Origin: a bacterium | GTDB taxonomy: Bacteria > Desulfobacterota > DSWW01 | Direction of reading: 5' to 3' | Assembly (NCBI GenBank): GCA_040756235.1 | Contig: JBFLZG010000084.1 | Span: forward strand, 42,316-106,315 | DNA length: 64,000 nucleotides | In this document: one piece after another, positions 9,201 to 18,103 of the stretch | Numbering within the stretch: position 1 is the stretch's first letter | Layout of the letters: each line of letters begins with the position of its first letter | Notes under the pieces: model-generated | Database searches by the model: none | Seen by the model: the letters and a program-made list of their open reading frames with translations, nothing else | Told to the model about the DNA's origin: nothing | Position numbers and translations under genes: made by a program

Positions 9201-12200
9201 CTGAGCCGCTCGCATCCAGTACGACCGGGAGCCCCACGGTCCCCGAGTAGGGGCCGCCTGCCCGGGCGACCGGGACCATCGGCACGACTTCCACGGAGGT
9301 CGTGTCCGTGGCCGTCAGCCCGCCCCTGTCGATGATCCTCAGGATGACGGTGCCGCTGTAGGGGGTGACCCACAGGTGCTCGACGGCCGGCGAGGAGGTC
9401 GTCTCGTCGAAGATCCCGTCTCCGTCCCAGTCCCACTCGTAGAGGGAAATGCCGCCCGTCGTCCCTTCGTCGGTGGAACCGCCGGCGTCGAAGAGGATCG
9501 GAAGCCCCACCGCGCCCTCGTAAGGACCGCCCGCCGCCGCGACGGGCGGAAACTCCACGCCCACGATCGAGACGATGCCGTTGGTCCGGGTCTCCTCGGG
9601 CACCGAGGGGAAGTACACGGTTCCGTAGTTGACCACCTCGGTCCCGTCCGGGGCGTCTCCCCGCACGTTGACAGTGAAATCGGCGTAACCGCCCATGTGC
9701 GGTCCCACGGTCCCCACGAACCAGGTGACGGTCCTGGTCTGCGGGTCGTAGATGCCCGGCGGGGCGATCTCGACGCCGGTCGCGACGTCCAGGACCGGCC
9801 CGAGGCTCAGGGTGGAGTCGTCGAGATCCGAGTCCAGGATGTCGGTGAAGTACACGCCGTAAGCGATCCCTTCTCCCTCGTTCTCGAACTCCACCCGGTA
9901 GCTCAGGGTCTGTCCGGCCGAGATGCTCCCCTCGGGCCCGTATTTCGCATTGGGGTCATGGGCGAGGGCCACGAAGAGACCGTGACAGCTCAGGTTGCGC
10001 ACCTTGTCGGCAGGGAGCGTCCGGAGGTAACGCTTCATCATCTCCTCAACTTCGTGCATCTCAGCCTCGGCCTCCACCAGGCGGCGCTCCTCGATGAGCG
10101 CGCGTATGGTAGCGGTGTACTCGAGGCCTGTCTCTGCGGCGTCCGCGCCTACGGTCCAGCTGGCAGATGCGCTTCTTTCTGCCAGAGCGCCCCAGGTATC
10201 ATCCGCAAGATCCAGGCTCATCAGCGCGGAATCGTATTCCCCCTCTTCAGCGCGCTTCAGGGCATACGCAATCAGGAAATCGGCTTGCGCCTGGTGGGCC
10301 TCGATTTCTCCGGCTTGTCTTCCGCCCCAGAATTCCCCCGCCACCTGCTTTCGGTGCTTATTCTCGTGAACCATGACACTGGCCAAGAACAACTGGTTCT
10401 CCTCAGGGGTGCCCAGGGAACCCTGCATCGATGGCGGAATATCCCGGAAGCAGTAGCCATCGAGGTCGTTGTAGCTGGAGTTATGGACCTCCAGGGCGTT
10501 GCCGACATTTGTGCCCACAATGTCATAGCCCGTCCCGCCGCCCAGATACATTTCGCACAGACCCAGCTCATTGAGCACGAACTGGCCGTTCCAGAGTCCC
10601 TGACTCTCCGGGGTGGTGTCCACGTTGAGCCGCCCCTGCTCCCGTAGCTCAAGGAGTTCGAGCGCTTCATTGGGCGAGACCTGTTCGACCAGGTCGATGG
10701 CATCCTGGACGTTTTGGTCCAGGTAATAGTCGTCGCGGACGTCGTAATCCGTATCGTTGCTGGGTGGTGCCCAGGGGATAACAGGATCTGCATAGAGCAT
10801 CATGGCCTCATTCCACCACGGCGTCAGGGCCGTCATCTCGGGGGAGAGGACCGTGTCGATCTCCGGGTTGGCACAACCGATCAGGGTCTGGTTGTCGAAC
10901 TGGACGTTCTGGATCAGCCCGCGCGTCATGACGCCCGTCACGCTGACCAGCCCCTGCTCCCCGGGCGCGAGCGTTCCCACGTTCCACACCACTTCGTGGC
11001 TGTCCGGCAGGTAGACGCCGCCGCCCGTGCTCGTCAGGTACGCCACCTCGACCGGGAGCCTGTCCACCACGAACGCGCCCTGGGCAGCGATCGCCCCGCG
11101 GTTGCAGTACGAGACCATGTAATCGATGTAATCGATCGTGAGCCCGGGGCTGACCCGGTCCGGGCCCCAGGTCGCGACTTCGAGGTCGGGCATGGGCGCG
11201 GTGCCGGCGCCGAGATCGAGCCGCTCCAGGCGCACCACGAGCTTTCTCTGGGGCCCGGTCTCGTCCATCGTGATCGCCGCGATCCCCAGGAGCGAGCCGG
11301 TGAGGAGGCCCTTCATCTCCACGCGGCCCGGCGAGGTCGCCTCGTCCCAGGTCCAGCCCAGCCCGGGTCCCGGGTCGGCCACGTAGGAAAGGATGGAGAA
11401 CCCCTGGCCCTGGTAAGGGCTGCTTTCGTCGTCGATCAGCACCTGCGTGAAGGTCACGCCGAGCCGGTTGGTGTAATAAGCGACGCCTTCTGCCTCGAGG
11501 GACGTCTGGAGCAGCCGCAGCCCGGTCGACGGGTATTCGACCTGCGCCGCGTGGCCTGCCGTACCCGTCAGCTCGACCGTGCCGGAAACCTTCTGACCCG
11601 CCACCTCGTGCAGCCTCCAGCTCGCCCGGAACCGGTCGAAGAGCCCGCTTCCGGCGGTCGACTCGCTCAGGGATCCTTCGACCACGGCCGAGATGTCGCC
11701 GGATACGGTGCCCTTCAGCTCGACCGTTTCGTCGGCTTCGTTCGGGAAGAACATCCCTCGCCAGGTGCCGCTGAACGGGCTCCCGTCGATGGAGGCCTCC
11801 CACGTGCCCGTGGAGAACCCTTTGCCCGCGAACGGCCCTGTCCGGATGCTCACCATCTCCAGATCTGTGAAGCTGATCGTTCCCGTGAGAGCGCCGGTCA
11901 GGGCGGCATCGGCGATGGAGACCGCCCGGCTGGCAAGGGTCTCCTCCGCGTTCGAGCTGCTCGAGAACGTCTCCCGCAGCTGGCCGGCCGAGAACCCGTT
12001 CAGCTTGGCCACAAATCCGTCCTTCACGCCGTTGAAGCCCGTGTCGTAGGCGTCGGCGGTAGCCGGGAAATCCATGGAGAAAGTGTCTCCGGAGACGTAG
12101 AGATTCCCCAGACCGTCGGTCACCAGCGACTTGCCGTAGTCATCGGAGGCGCCGCCCAGAAAGGAGGAGGCGAACAGGGTGCTCAGGTCAGCGTCGAACA

Positions 12201-14151
12201 TGGAGATAAAGGCATCCTGGCCGCCGCTCAGGGACGCGTCGAAGGCCCCGGGCGTGGCAGGGAAGTCGGGGGATGCCGTCGAGCCTGCCACGTAGACGTC
12301 GTCCTGGGTGCCCAGGGAGATCGAAACCGCGGCATCGTTTCCTTCACCCCCGAGGAAGGTGGAGGCCAGGAGGGAGCTCAGGCCGGCGTCCAGCCTCGAC
12401 ACGAACGCCTCTTGCCAACCATTGACGGACGTGTCGTAGGCGCCGGGCGTGGTCGGATAGGTCGGCTCGAGGTCACTCCAGGTATCTCCTGCCAGATAGA
12501 CATCTCCGGCATCGTTCACCGCCATGGAGGAAGGAGAGCCCATTCCGACAAAGGTGGATGCCAGGAGAACGGTCAGATCAGGCGCCAGCCTCGAGACAAA
12601 GGAGGTGCCGCCCACGTAGGACATGTTGTACGCCCCTTCCGTAACAGGGAAATCAGCTCCGCCGTAACTTCTGCCGGCCACGTAGACGTTTCCCGAAGCG
12701 TCCAGCGTCATGGCTCCGAGGTTTTCCATGCCGCTGCCGCCCAGAAGGGTGGAAGCCACGAGCGAGGTCAGGGCCGCGTCCAGCCTCGCCACATAGACAT
12801 CACTGGAGCCGCTGAAGGAGGTGTCAAAGGCCTGGTCGGTGGTGGGGAAATTGGATGAATAGGTATGCCCCGCAACGTAGACATCCCCCTGGTCACCAAT
12901 GTCCAGGCGGGGATTCGTTTCCGATTCACCTCCGCCCAGGAAGGTGGATGCCAGAAGGTTGGCGAGATCGGCGTCGAAGACGCAAACAAAGGTATCGAAA
13001 TCGCCGTTCCAGGACGAGTCGTAGGCTCCGGCCGTGGCCGGGAAATTCGGTGATGCGGTGGACCCGGCCACGTAGACGTTCCCATCGCCGTCGATGGCCA
13101 GGGCCTTCCCTTCGTCATTTCCGTAAATGTCAAAGCTGCCGGATCCGCCGATGTAGGTCGACGCGAGGATTTGCGTCAGGTCGGCATTCAGTTTCGTGAC
13201 GAAGACGTCCTCCTGACTGAAATAGGAGGTGTCGTATGCTCCGGGAGTCGTCGGGAAGTTCGCGGAAGTGGTGGCTCCGGCCACGTAGACATTCCCGGCT
13301 CCGTCGAGGGTCAGGGCCATCGCCCATTCGTTTCCTGCGCCCCCCAGGAAGGTGGAGGCCAGCAGAGGGTCGATGACGAGAGGCCGGGAGGCGTCGTACG
13401 CCGCAACCGTGAAACCATAGGTGTCCTTGTCCAGCACCCGGTACGCTGCCGGCACATACTCCTTCTTGCCATCTCTTTCCTGGTAGGCGACGGGCCTGGT
13501 GAACCGGGCCTTTCCGAGGCCGGTGGCCACCTCGAGCTCTCCCTGGCCGTTCACTTCGAGCCCTAGGGCTCCCTCCAGCTTGAGCGCGATGGAATCCGCC
13601 GCCGCGCCGGGACCCAGGGTGAACACTTTCTCCACGGTCCTGCCGTAGGCCCGCACCACGAGATCGACCCCATCCGAGACCTCGCCGAGGCTCACGTGCG
13701 AGTAAGTGGGGATCTCCTTGCGCCAGGAACCGGGGTCACTGCCGACGTACCAGCTCACCGAGGTGCTGGCTCTCTCGGAGCCCTGCGGATCGCAAACCTG
13801 TGCGCCGACCACGCGTTCCTTGAGAACCCAGCCTCCGGACGACTTCAGTCGGGGTTCCCCGTCGTGGCCCGCAGGCGGTCCTTGTTCAAGAAGCGGAAGG
13901 GCGTAGAGCAGCTCCCCCTGGCGGGTCACTGCGACCGTGCCGCCGAGAACGTCTGCGTAGTACCGGATCTCCTGGTCCTGGATCTGCCCCTGGTTCTCGA
14001 TGAACGGGATCCGGAGCTTGCACGTTTTTTCAAGGACCGGCTGCGTGATCGCGTGAGTTGCCGCAGCCCCGTCAGCTACGTCCGCACTCGTCCCCCCCGA
14101 GAAGATCGCCGCGACCGCCGCCACGACACAAAGCGAGATCCTCTTGCCCAT
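6277..14151 (-). CDS. Giant secreted surface/adhesin-like protein (~2624 aa): SBBP beta-propeller repeats, DUF11-like domains, HExxH insert, 6 PKD-like repeats, Cys-rich MopE-like repeats, CARDB-like C-terminus
   Basis: Signal peptide from MGKRISL; FIENQGQ...PLVIDP N-domain; repeated STFLGG..D..GNVYVAGxTxSxxFP; six AGGPY...FDASxSxD...YEWDWDxDG units; CNGxDDDCDG repeats; C-terminal ESNENNN. Confidence 0.92.
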   Translation of the reverse strand: MGKRISLCVVAAVAAIFSGGTSADVADGAAATHAITQPVLEKTCKLRIPFIENQGQIQDQEIRYYADVLGGTVAVTRQGELLYALPLLEQGPPAGHDGEPRLKSSGGWVLKERVVGAQVCDPQGSERASTSVSWYVGSDPGSWRKEIPTYSHVSLGEVSDGVDLVVRAYGRTVEKVFTLGPGAAADSIALKLEGALGLEVNGQGELEVATGLGKARFTRPVAYQERDGKKEYVPAAYRVLDKDTYGFTVAAYDASRPLVIDPLLASTFLGGAGNEWAMALTLDGAGNVYVAGATTSANFPTTPGAYDTSYFSQEDVFVTKLNADLTQILASTYIGGSGSFDIYGNDEGKALAIDGDGNVYVAGSTASPNFPATAGAYDSSWNGDFDTFVCVFDADLANLLASTFLGGGESETNPRLDIGDQGDVYVAGHTYSSNFPTTDQAFDTSFSGSSDVYVARLDAALTSLVASTLLGGSGMENLGAMTLDASGNVYVAGRSYGGADFPVTEGAYNMSYVGGTSFVSRLAPDLTVLLASTFVGMGSPSSMAVNDAGDVYLAGDTWSDLEPTYPTTPGAYDTSVNGWQEAFVSRLDAGLSSLLASTFLGGEGNDAAVSISLGTQDDVYVAGSTASPDFPATPGAFDASLSGGQDAFISMFDADLSTLFASSFLGGASDDYGKSLVTDGLGNLYVSGDTFSMDFPATADAYDTGFNGVKDGFVAKLNGFSAGQLRETFSSSSNAEETLASRAVSIADAALTGALTGTISFTDLEMVSIRTGPFAGKGFSTGTWEASIDGSPFSGTWRGMFFPNEADETVELKGTVSGDISAVVEGSLSESTAGSGLFDRFRASWRLHEVAGQKVSGTVELTGTAGHAAQVEYPSTGLRLLQTSLEAEGVAYYTNRLGVTFTQVLIDDESSPYQGQGFSILSYVADPGPGLGWTWDEATSPGRVEMKGLLTGSLLGIAAITMDETGPQRKLVVRLERLDLGAGTAPMPDLEVATWGPDRVSPGLTIDYIDYMVSYCNRGAIAAQGAFVVDRLPVEVAYLTSTGGGVYLPDSHEVVWNVGTLAPGEQGLVSVTGVMTRGLIQNVQFDNQTLIGCANPEIDTVLSPEMTALTPWWNEAMMLYADPVIPWAPPSNDTDYDVRDDYYLDQNVQDAIDLVEQVSPNEALELLELREQGRLNVDTTPESQGLWNGQFVLNELGLCEMYLGGGTGYDIVGTNVGNALEVHNSSYNDLDGYCFRDIPPSMQGSLGTPEENQLFLASVMVHENKHRKQVAGEFWGGRQAGEIEAHQAQADFLIAYALKRAEEGEYDSALMSLDLADDTWGALAERSASASWTVGADAAETGLEYTATIRALIEERRLVEAEAEMHEVEEMMKRYLRTLPADKVRNLSCHGLFVALAHDPNAKYGPEGSISAGQTLSYRVEFENEGEGIAYGVYFTDILDSDLDDSTLSLGPVLDVATGVEIAPPGIYDPQTRTVTWFVGTVGPHMGGYADFTVNVRGDAPDGTEVVNYGTVYFPSVPEETRTNGIVSIVGVEFPPVAAAGGPYEGAVGLPILFDAGGSTDEGTTGGISLYEWDWDGDGIFDETTSSPAVEHLWVTPYSGTVILRIIDRGGLTATDTTSVEVVPMVPVARAGGPYSGTVGLPVVLDASGSEDPDGSIVRYEWDWNGDGTSDETTFDPVIEHTWVNEYTGLVRLKVVDNDGLTGFGAAYAELVARLPVAEAGGPYAGVIGSPVLFDASGSHDPDGEIVRYEWDWDGDGVFDDQSASPAAQHTWNAEFTGTVTLRVWDDEDQTGTDTAAVDVGFGEPVAEAGGPYQGVAGLPILFDAGGSHDIDGEIVWYEWDWDNDGNYDDAGSSPSIEHTWDNEFSGTVTLRVRDDRDLTGIDTASVFVASGQLVAEAGGPYLGVAALPILFDASASYDPNGQIVWYEWDWDDDGYPDDAGSSPVIEHTWDDAFVGTVTLQVWDDDGNAAIDTASVDVNYGEPVAEAGGPYFGSPGAPVIFDASASHDRNGQIQWYEWDWDNDGYYDDGSEVPFMEHTWDTEFVGAVTLQVWDDEGLNGVDTAEVHVELCAPTGVPESECNGADDDCDGGADEDFVPTPTFCGQGVCAATGQSTCQAGALVDTCEPGEPQAEGPYGAPTCSDGLDNDCDGAADADDSNCEYACTPTGIPETECNGADDDCDGDADEDFVPEPTSCGQGVCASTGQNTCQGGALVDTCEPGEPQAEGPYGAPNCTDGQDNDCDGAADSDDSSCEYVCTPSGIAESVCNGADDDCDDDVDEDFIPTPTSCGQGVCAATGQSTCQAGALVDTCEPGDPTGADDDCNGVDENCNGAADENFTPTPTSCGVGECSSTGVLSCENGLPLNDCMPGIPAEEVCDGRDNNCDGQTDEGVLSTYYLDLDGDGYGDPDPGLTVEACAPPPAYVENATDCNDSEALVNPGAAETCNGIDDNCDAEVDEGFDEDGDGYTSCQGDCADDDPATHPGTAESCDDGEDNDCDGLVDAQDPDCAAARPDLKGSWSKLLYLKIRTPRGWFVLATLKVANIGDADAGAFKIRYYYSPQGSSDRQYLDRTGISRLAKGRTTLDLRIYWFRSDPKDGSLVAVTDADQTVQESNENNNEAKKKIR

Positions 14152-14232
14152 GATGTGCCCCCCCAGCCCCGATCGAGTCCGGGGCCAGATGTGAAAAGAA
14201 ATCCCGGTTCTATGCACCCCCATATTGAAGCT

Positions 14233-14335
14233 AAATAAAAAACCGGGTTGCCCTTACCAGGCAACCCGGCCGTCTCCCAGGAGACCCGTGGTTTTCCGTG
14301 TCCCGATCGCTCGAGACTTGGCTTTATCCGGCGTT
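14233..14335 (-). ncRNA. c-di-GMP-I (GEMM-I) riboswitch with overlapping intrinsic terminator
   Basis: Minus strand reads GATAAAGCCAAGTCTCGA-GCGA-TCGGGACACGGAAAACCACGGGTCTC-CTGG-GAGACGGCCGGGTTGCC-tggtaag-GGCAACCCGG-TTTTTTATTT: GNRA-capped P2, GGAAA junction, P3, then a terminator, upstream of the giant gene. Confidence 0.88.
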
Positions 14336-14357
14336 CTCTAAGATGCAATATAACTGT

Positions 14358-14387
14358 ATCATACATTTCACAAAATATTTTTGTCAA
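14358..14387 (-). promoter_or_regulatory. Sigma70 promoter for the riboswitch and giant gene
   Basis: TTGACA-18 bp-TATGAT just upstream of the aptamer. Confidence 0.7.
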
Positions 14388-14549
14388 GCCTTTCCTGTGG
14401 CGCCGGGAGATCGATGCCGGCCGTGGCTTTTCCGCACCCCGGTTTGTCACTCCTCCGGCCTTTCGGTTATGCTGCCGCACAGATCGTCTGAGGCGCGGGG
14501 AGTGTGCGAGGAGGCCGAATCACCTTCCACGGGCAGGAGGACCGGAGCC

Positions 14550-16022
14550 ATGAAGCCGTCTTACGACGTCGTCGTGATCGGTACCGGAATGGGCGGATCG
14601 GCCGCCGGGGCGCTCGTGGCCAGGGAAGGATTCAAGGTGCTCTTCCTCGAGAAGAACCCGCAGATCGGGGGCGCCTGCTCGTTCTACCGCAAGGAAGGCG
14701 TCCACGTGGACATGGGCGCCCACGTCTTCTCAAGAGGGAACCGCGGCCCGATCGGAGATGTGCAGCGCAGGCTCGGGGCGGAAAGGATGATTTCCTTTCA
14801 GAGGTGCGACCCCATGATGCGGTTCAAGGGCCCCGGCTTCGATCTTGCGGGCCGTTTCCAGAGCTACTCGCTGCCGCTGCTGGGGGCCGCCATGCTGAAG
14901 CAGCTCAGGCTGCCGGCGCGCGAAATCCTTCCCATGGCCCGCAGGATGGCCGAGCCCTTGCTCGTCCCCGCGGGCTCGGTCCGCGATCTGAACGCAGTCA
15001 ACGTGGAGGAACGCCTGCTCGCTTCGACCCGGGAACCTGCGCTGGTGCTCCTCACGAGCATCTTCATGGGGCTTGCCTTCGTCATTCCGTTGTGGGAAGC
15101 CTCCTCCGGAGAGGCCTTGTGGTCTACCAAGAAAGCGTTTTTCGACCGCTCGATGGGCTACCCCATCGGAGGCGCGGTCGCGGTCCCTCAGGCCTTCATC
15201 GAAGCCGCCCGAGGCTTCGGAGCGCAGCTCGAGACCGGCACGCGCGTCAAGGCCATCCGGGTGAGCGGCTGCAGGGTCGAGGGAGTGGAGACGGACCGGG
15301 GAGAGCTTTTTTCCTGCCGGGCAGTCGTGAGCACCACGTCTCTCAAAGACACGGTGCGGCTCGCGGGCAGAGGTTGCTTTCCCGCACCCTACCTGCGGCA
15401 CGTGGATGGAATCAAGGGATCCCTGGGTGCCGTCCAGGCCAAGATCCTGCTGGACCGGCGAATCGTCAAGGAAGGCGTCCTCGTGGGAGTCCGGGACAGA
15501 CGTTCGGCTCCGGGCCGGCCCCTCACGGTGGAGGACACCCGCAAACTCTGGCAGGACACTCAGGAAGGCAAGATTCCGGAGCTCATGTCATTCTACTGTC
15601 CGGTGCCGACGAATTTCGATCCGTCCCTGGCGCCTCCGGGCATGCAGTTGCTCACCCTGACCTCGGCGGCCCCCACGACCGATCGAAAGGGGGGAGATCC
15701 CCAGGACGCCTGGATCGACGCCATGCTGGAGGGCTTTTTCGACATCTACCCGGAAGCCCGCAAACACGTGGTCTGGATCGACCGGTTCAGTAACCGCTAT
15801 CTGGAACAGTGGCTCGGAAAGCGCGGCGGGCCGGTGATCTCGACGGGCCAGCAGACCGGCCAGGTCGGTCCCGGAAGGCACCCGAACATCACGCCCGTTC
15901 AGGGTCTCTTCGCGGCTGGGGACTGTGCCGGAGCCAGGGGGATCGGAACCGAGCTGGCCTGCCAAAGCGGCATCGATTGCGCGGAGCTGCTCATCCAATC
16001 GCTGTGCAATCGGATCGTGTGA
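14550..16022 (+). CDS. Phytoene desaturase-like FAD-dependent oxidoreductase
   Basis: YDVVVIGTGMGG...LEKNPQIGG; YPIGG; C-terminal TPVQGLFAAGD. Confidence 0.88.
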   Translation: MKPSYDVVVIGTGMGGSAAGALVAREGFKVLFLEKNPQIGGACSFYRKEGVHVDMGAHVFSRGNRGPIGDVQRRLGAERMISFQRCDPMMRFKGPGFDLAGRFQSYSLPLLGAAMLKQLRLPAREILPMARRMAEPLLVPAGSVRDLNAVNVEERLLASTREPALVLLTSIFMGLAFVIPLWEASSGEALWSTKKAFFDRSMGYPIGGAVAVPQAFIEAARGFGAQLETGTRVKAIRVSGCRVEGVETDRGELFSCRAVVSTTSLKDTVRLAGRGCFPAPYLRHVDGIKGSLGAVQAKILLDRRIVKEGVLVGVRDRRSAPGRPLTVEDTRKLWQDTQEGKIPELMSFYCPVPTNFDPSLAPPGMQLLTLTSAAPTTDRKGGDPQDAWIDAMLEGFFDIYPEARKHVVWIDRFSNRYLEQWLGKRGGPVISTGQQTGQVGPGRHPNITPVQGLFAAGDCAGARGIGTELACQSGIDCAELLIQSLCNRIV

Positions 16023-16026
16023 AGAG

Positions 16027-16746
16027 ATGGAGATCTTCCTCATACGACACGGCGAGATGCAGTACGCGAGCGTGGACAGGCTCGATCTCGACCGCGTGAA
16101 CGCCTATGCCAGCGGCGCCCGGCAGGGGCCGCTTTCGGCGAAAGGGGTGGAGCAGGCCGGGAAGGTCGCGAGGTACCTGTCGCGCCTGAGGATCGGGTCG
16201 CTATACAGCTCGGATTTCATCCGCGCCAGGCAGACGGCCGAAGAGGCCTCCAGGGCCTTGGGGAAGCCGGTGGAGGTCCTCAGCCAGTTTCGTGAGCTCA
16301 ACGTGGGCCGGCTCACCCCCGAGCTTCACAGGGGCCAGGCTTGGATGCTGCAGGCCCTGCAGCGCATCGAGCGCATCCTGCCTCTCGGCCTGGGACCGAG
16401 TCGCTCCCGCGGCCTGGTCGGCTACCTGCTCATCGTCATGTACTTCCGCTGCTGGTACGGCGGGATGACCGTCGGCGGCGAGCCGCTGCCAGACGCCGTG
16501 GCCCGGGTGCGGGCTGCGCTCAGGATGCTCTCGGATCGGCACAGCGGCCGGGGGGAGAGGGTCGCCGTTTTCACCCACGGCTACTTCATCCACCTGACCG
16601 TCAACCACGTGGTCGATGCGTGGAGGGCCCCGTTGCGGCTCATCCACACACCGTACATCCGAAACGGGTCCGTCACGCACCTCCGAGGGTCCGGAAACGG
16701 CCGCTGGAAGGTGGAGGCTTACGCGCGGACGGACCATCTGTCGTGA
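16027..16746 (+). CDS. Histidine phosphatase (phosphoglycerate mutase-like) family protein
   Basis: LIRHGE, YSSDFIRARQTA, RELNVG and FTHG motifs. Confidence 0.88.
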   Translation: MEIFLIRHGEMQYASVDRLDLDRVNAYASGARQGPLSAKGVEQAGKVARYLSRLRIGSLYSSDFIRARQTAEEASRALGKPVEVLSQFRELNVGRLTPELHRGQAWMLQALQRIERILPLGLGPSRSRGLVGYLLIVMYFRCWYGGMTVGGEPLPDAVARVRAALRMLSDRHSGRGERVAVFTHGYFIHLTVNHVVDAWRAPLRLIHTPYIRNGSVTHLRGSGNGRWKVEAYARTDHLS

Positions 16747-16850
16747 CCCCTCGGCACCTCCACGCCGGCGCTCCGCCAGGGAATCTACCTCTGATCGGGC
16801 CGCATCCTTTCGTTTAGCAGACCGCTGACAACGCAGCATTTGGGAGCGTC

Positions 16851-16877
16851 GTAGGGCGAAGAATCTCTCGCCCCTAC
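16851..16877. repeat. GTAG-type REP-like palindrome
   Basis: Intergenic hairpin GTAGGGCGA-AGAATCTC-TCGCCCCTAC. Confidence 0.5.
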
Positions 16878-16919
16878 AAGCTGGCAGCGAAGATGACGAG
16901 CAAGCCGGAGGGATCTGTT

Positions 16920-17735
16920 ATGGCACGCCGATCGAGCACTGCGGACCCGGACCTGGAGTTCCTGATCGAGACCGTCTCTCCTGAAGTCGGGGACAGGCTC
17001 AGACTGAAGCAGATCCTCAGGGCCGATGAAGCGTTCAGGAGGGAGTATGCAGGAGACGAGAAGGTTTTCCGGCGGCTGATGGGCGACGAGGAGCTGTTCC
17101 TCAGGATCTCACCCAGGTTTTTTTTCGAGATCCTGCTGAGGAGGGCCGCGCGTGATCTGCAGTTCGTGGGCTACACGATCGAGCGCGCGCCCGGCATGAC
17201 CATCCCGGTCTTCGACACGAGAGAGATCCTGGACCTGCTGGCCAACGAAGGCGTCCTCATGTATTTGGCCGACATGCTCGCCTCCTTCACCAAGATCGAG
17301 AGCTACACGTTCTCGTTCCGCGCCCGCAAGGGCATGTGGCGTAAAATTCGTTTCAACGACTTCGATATCCGCACCCTGATGAGTTTCTGCGAGGTGGCGC
17401 AGGACGCCTATAAGTTCGGCTTGTACAAGCGCATCGCAGACGTGTGCCTCTTCATCCTGGGATTGTTCCCGGACCATGCGGAAGGCGAGTACCGCTACCC
17501 CCGCTCGGGTCAGATTCGGCCGCGAGCGGGCGGAGCGGCGAGAATCAGCCCCGAGGAGTACGAGAACGAGGGCAGGAGGTTCTACAAGCTAGCCGCCGAG
17601 CACCCCTTGGCCAGGGATCTGGAGATGACCGAAGTGCTCGGAGCGCTTCACGAAAAGTTCAACAAGGCGAAGAAACCCCTGAGCTTCATGGCCGAGCATT
17701 ACATGGCTTACCGCAGAGACGTCCTCTTTTCTTGA
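16920..17735 (+). CDS. Hypothetical protein
   Basis: Long ORF with host-like codon usage and GGAGGG RBS; motif YKRIADVCLFILGLFP. The start may be 16893. Confidence 0.75.
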   Translation: MARRSSTADPDLEFLIETVSPEVGDRLRLKQILRADEAFRREYAGDEKVFRRLMGDEELFLRISPRFFFEILLRRAARDLQFVGYTIERAPGMTIPVFDTREILDLLANEGVLMYLADMLASFTKIESYTFSFRARKGMWRKIRFNDFDIRTLMSFCEVAQDAYKFGLYKRIADVCLFILGLFPDHAEGEYRYPRSGQIRPRAGGAARISPEEYENEGRRFYKLAAEHPLARDLEMTEVLGALHEKFNKAKKPLSFMAEHYMAYRRDVLFS

Positions 17736-18024
17736 TCTGCTTCTTCTCGCGCCCCGGTGAGGCCAAAGGGGGGCCTGTCTGCATCCTATAAGTCGGCGAC
17801 GCGAGAGCCTTTCGACCCTTTGAACCGAGCCCGGCGCGCCCGTCGAAGAGGCCTCGAGTGCGGTCATCGGCGGGCCTCCCGGGAAAGTCGTTCTTCCGGA
17901 GCGAGGCGTGCCCTCTGCTCCCGGCAAGAACCTGCACGAAAAGGAACCTTCCCACTCTCGGCGGCGCGCCAACTTGCGATGTGGAATAATGAATTTTTAT
18001 TCCTGCGGCGCAGTTGTCGAGGGC

Positions 18025-18053
18025 TTGCCAAGAAGGCCGGTCCGAAAGATAAT
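18025..18053 (+). promoter_or_regulatory. Probable sigma70 promoter of fbp
   Basis: TTGCCA-17 bp-GATAAT. Confidence 0.45.
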
Positions 18054-18103
18054 GGCACCCGGGTGAACTTCGTGGTCAACCTCCAAGAAAAGGAGCCGAA
18101 GCG

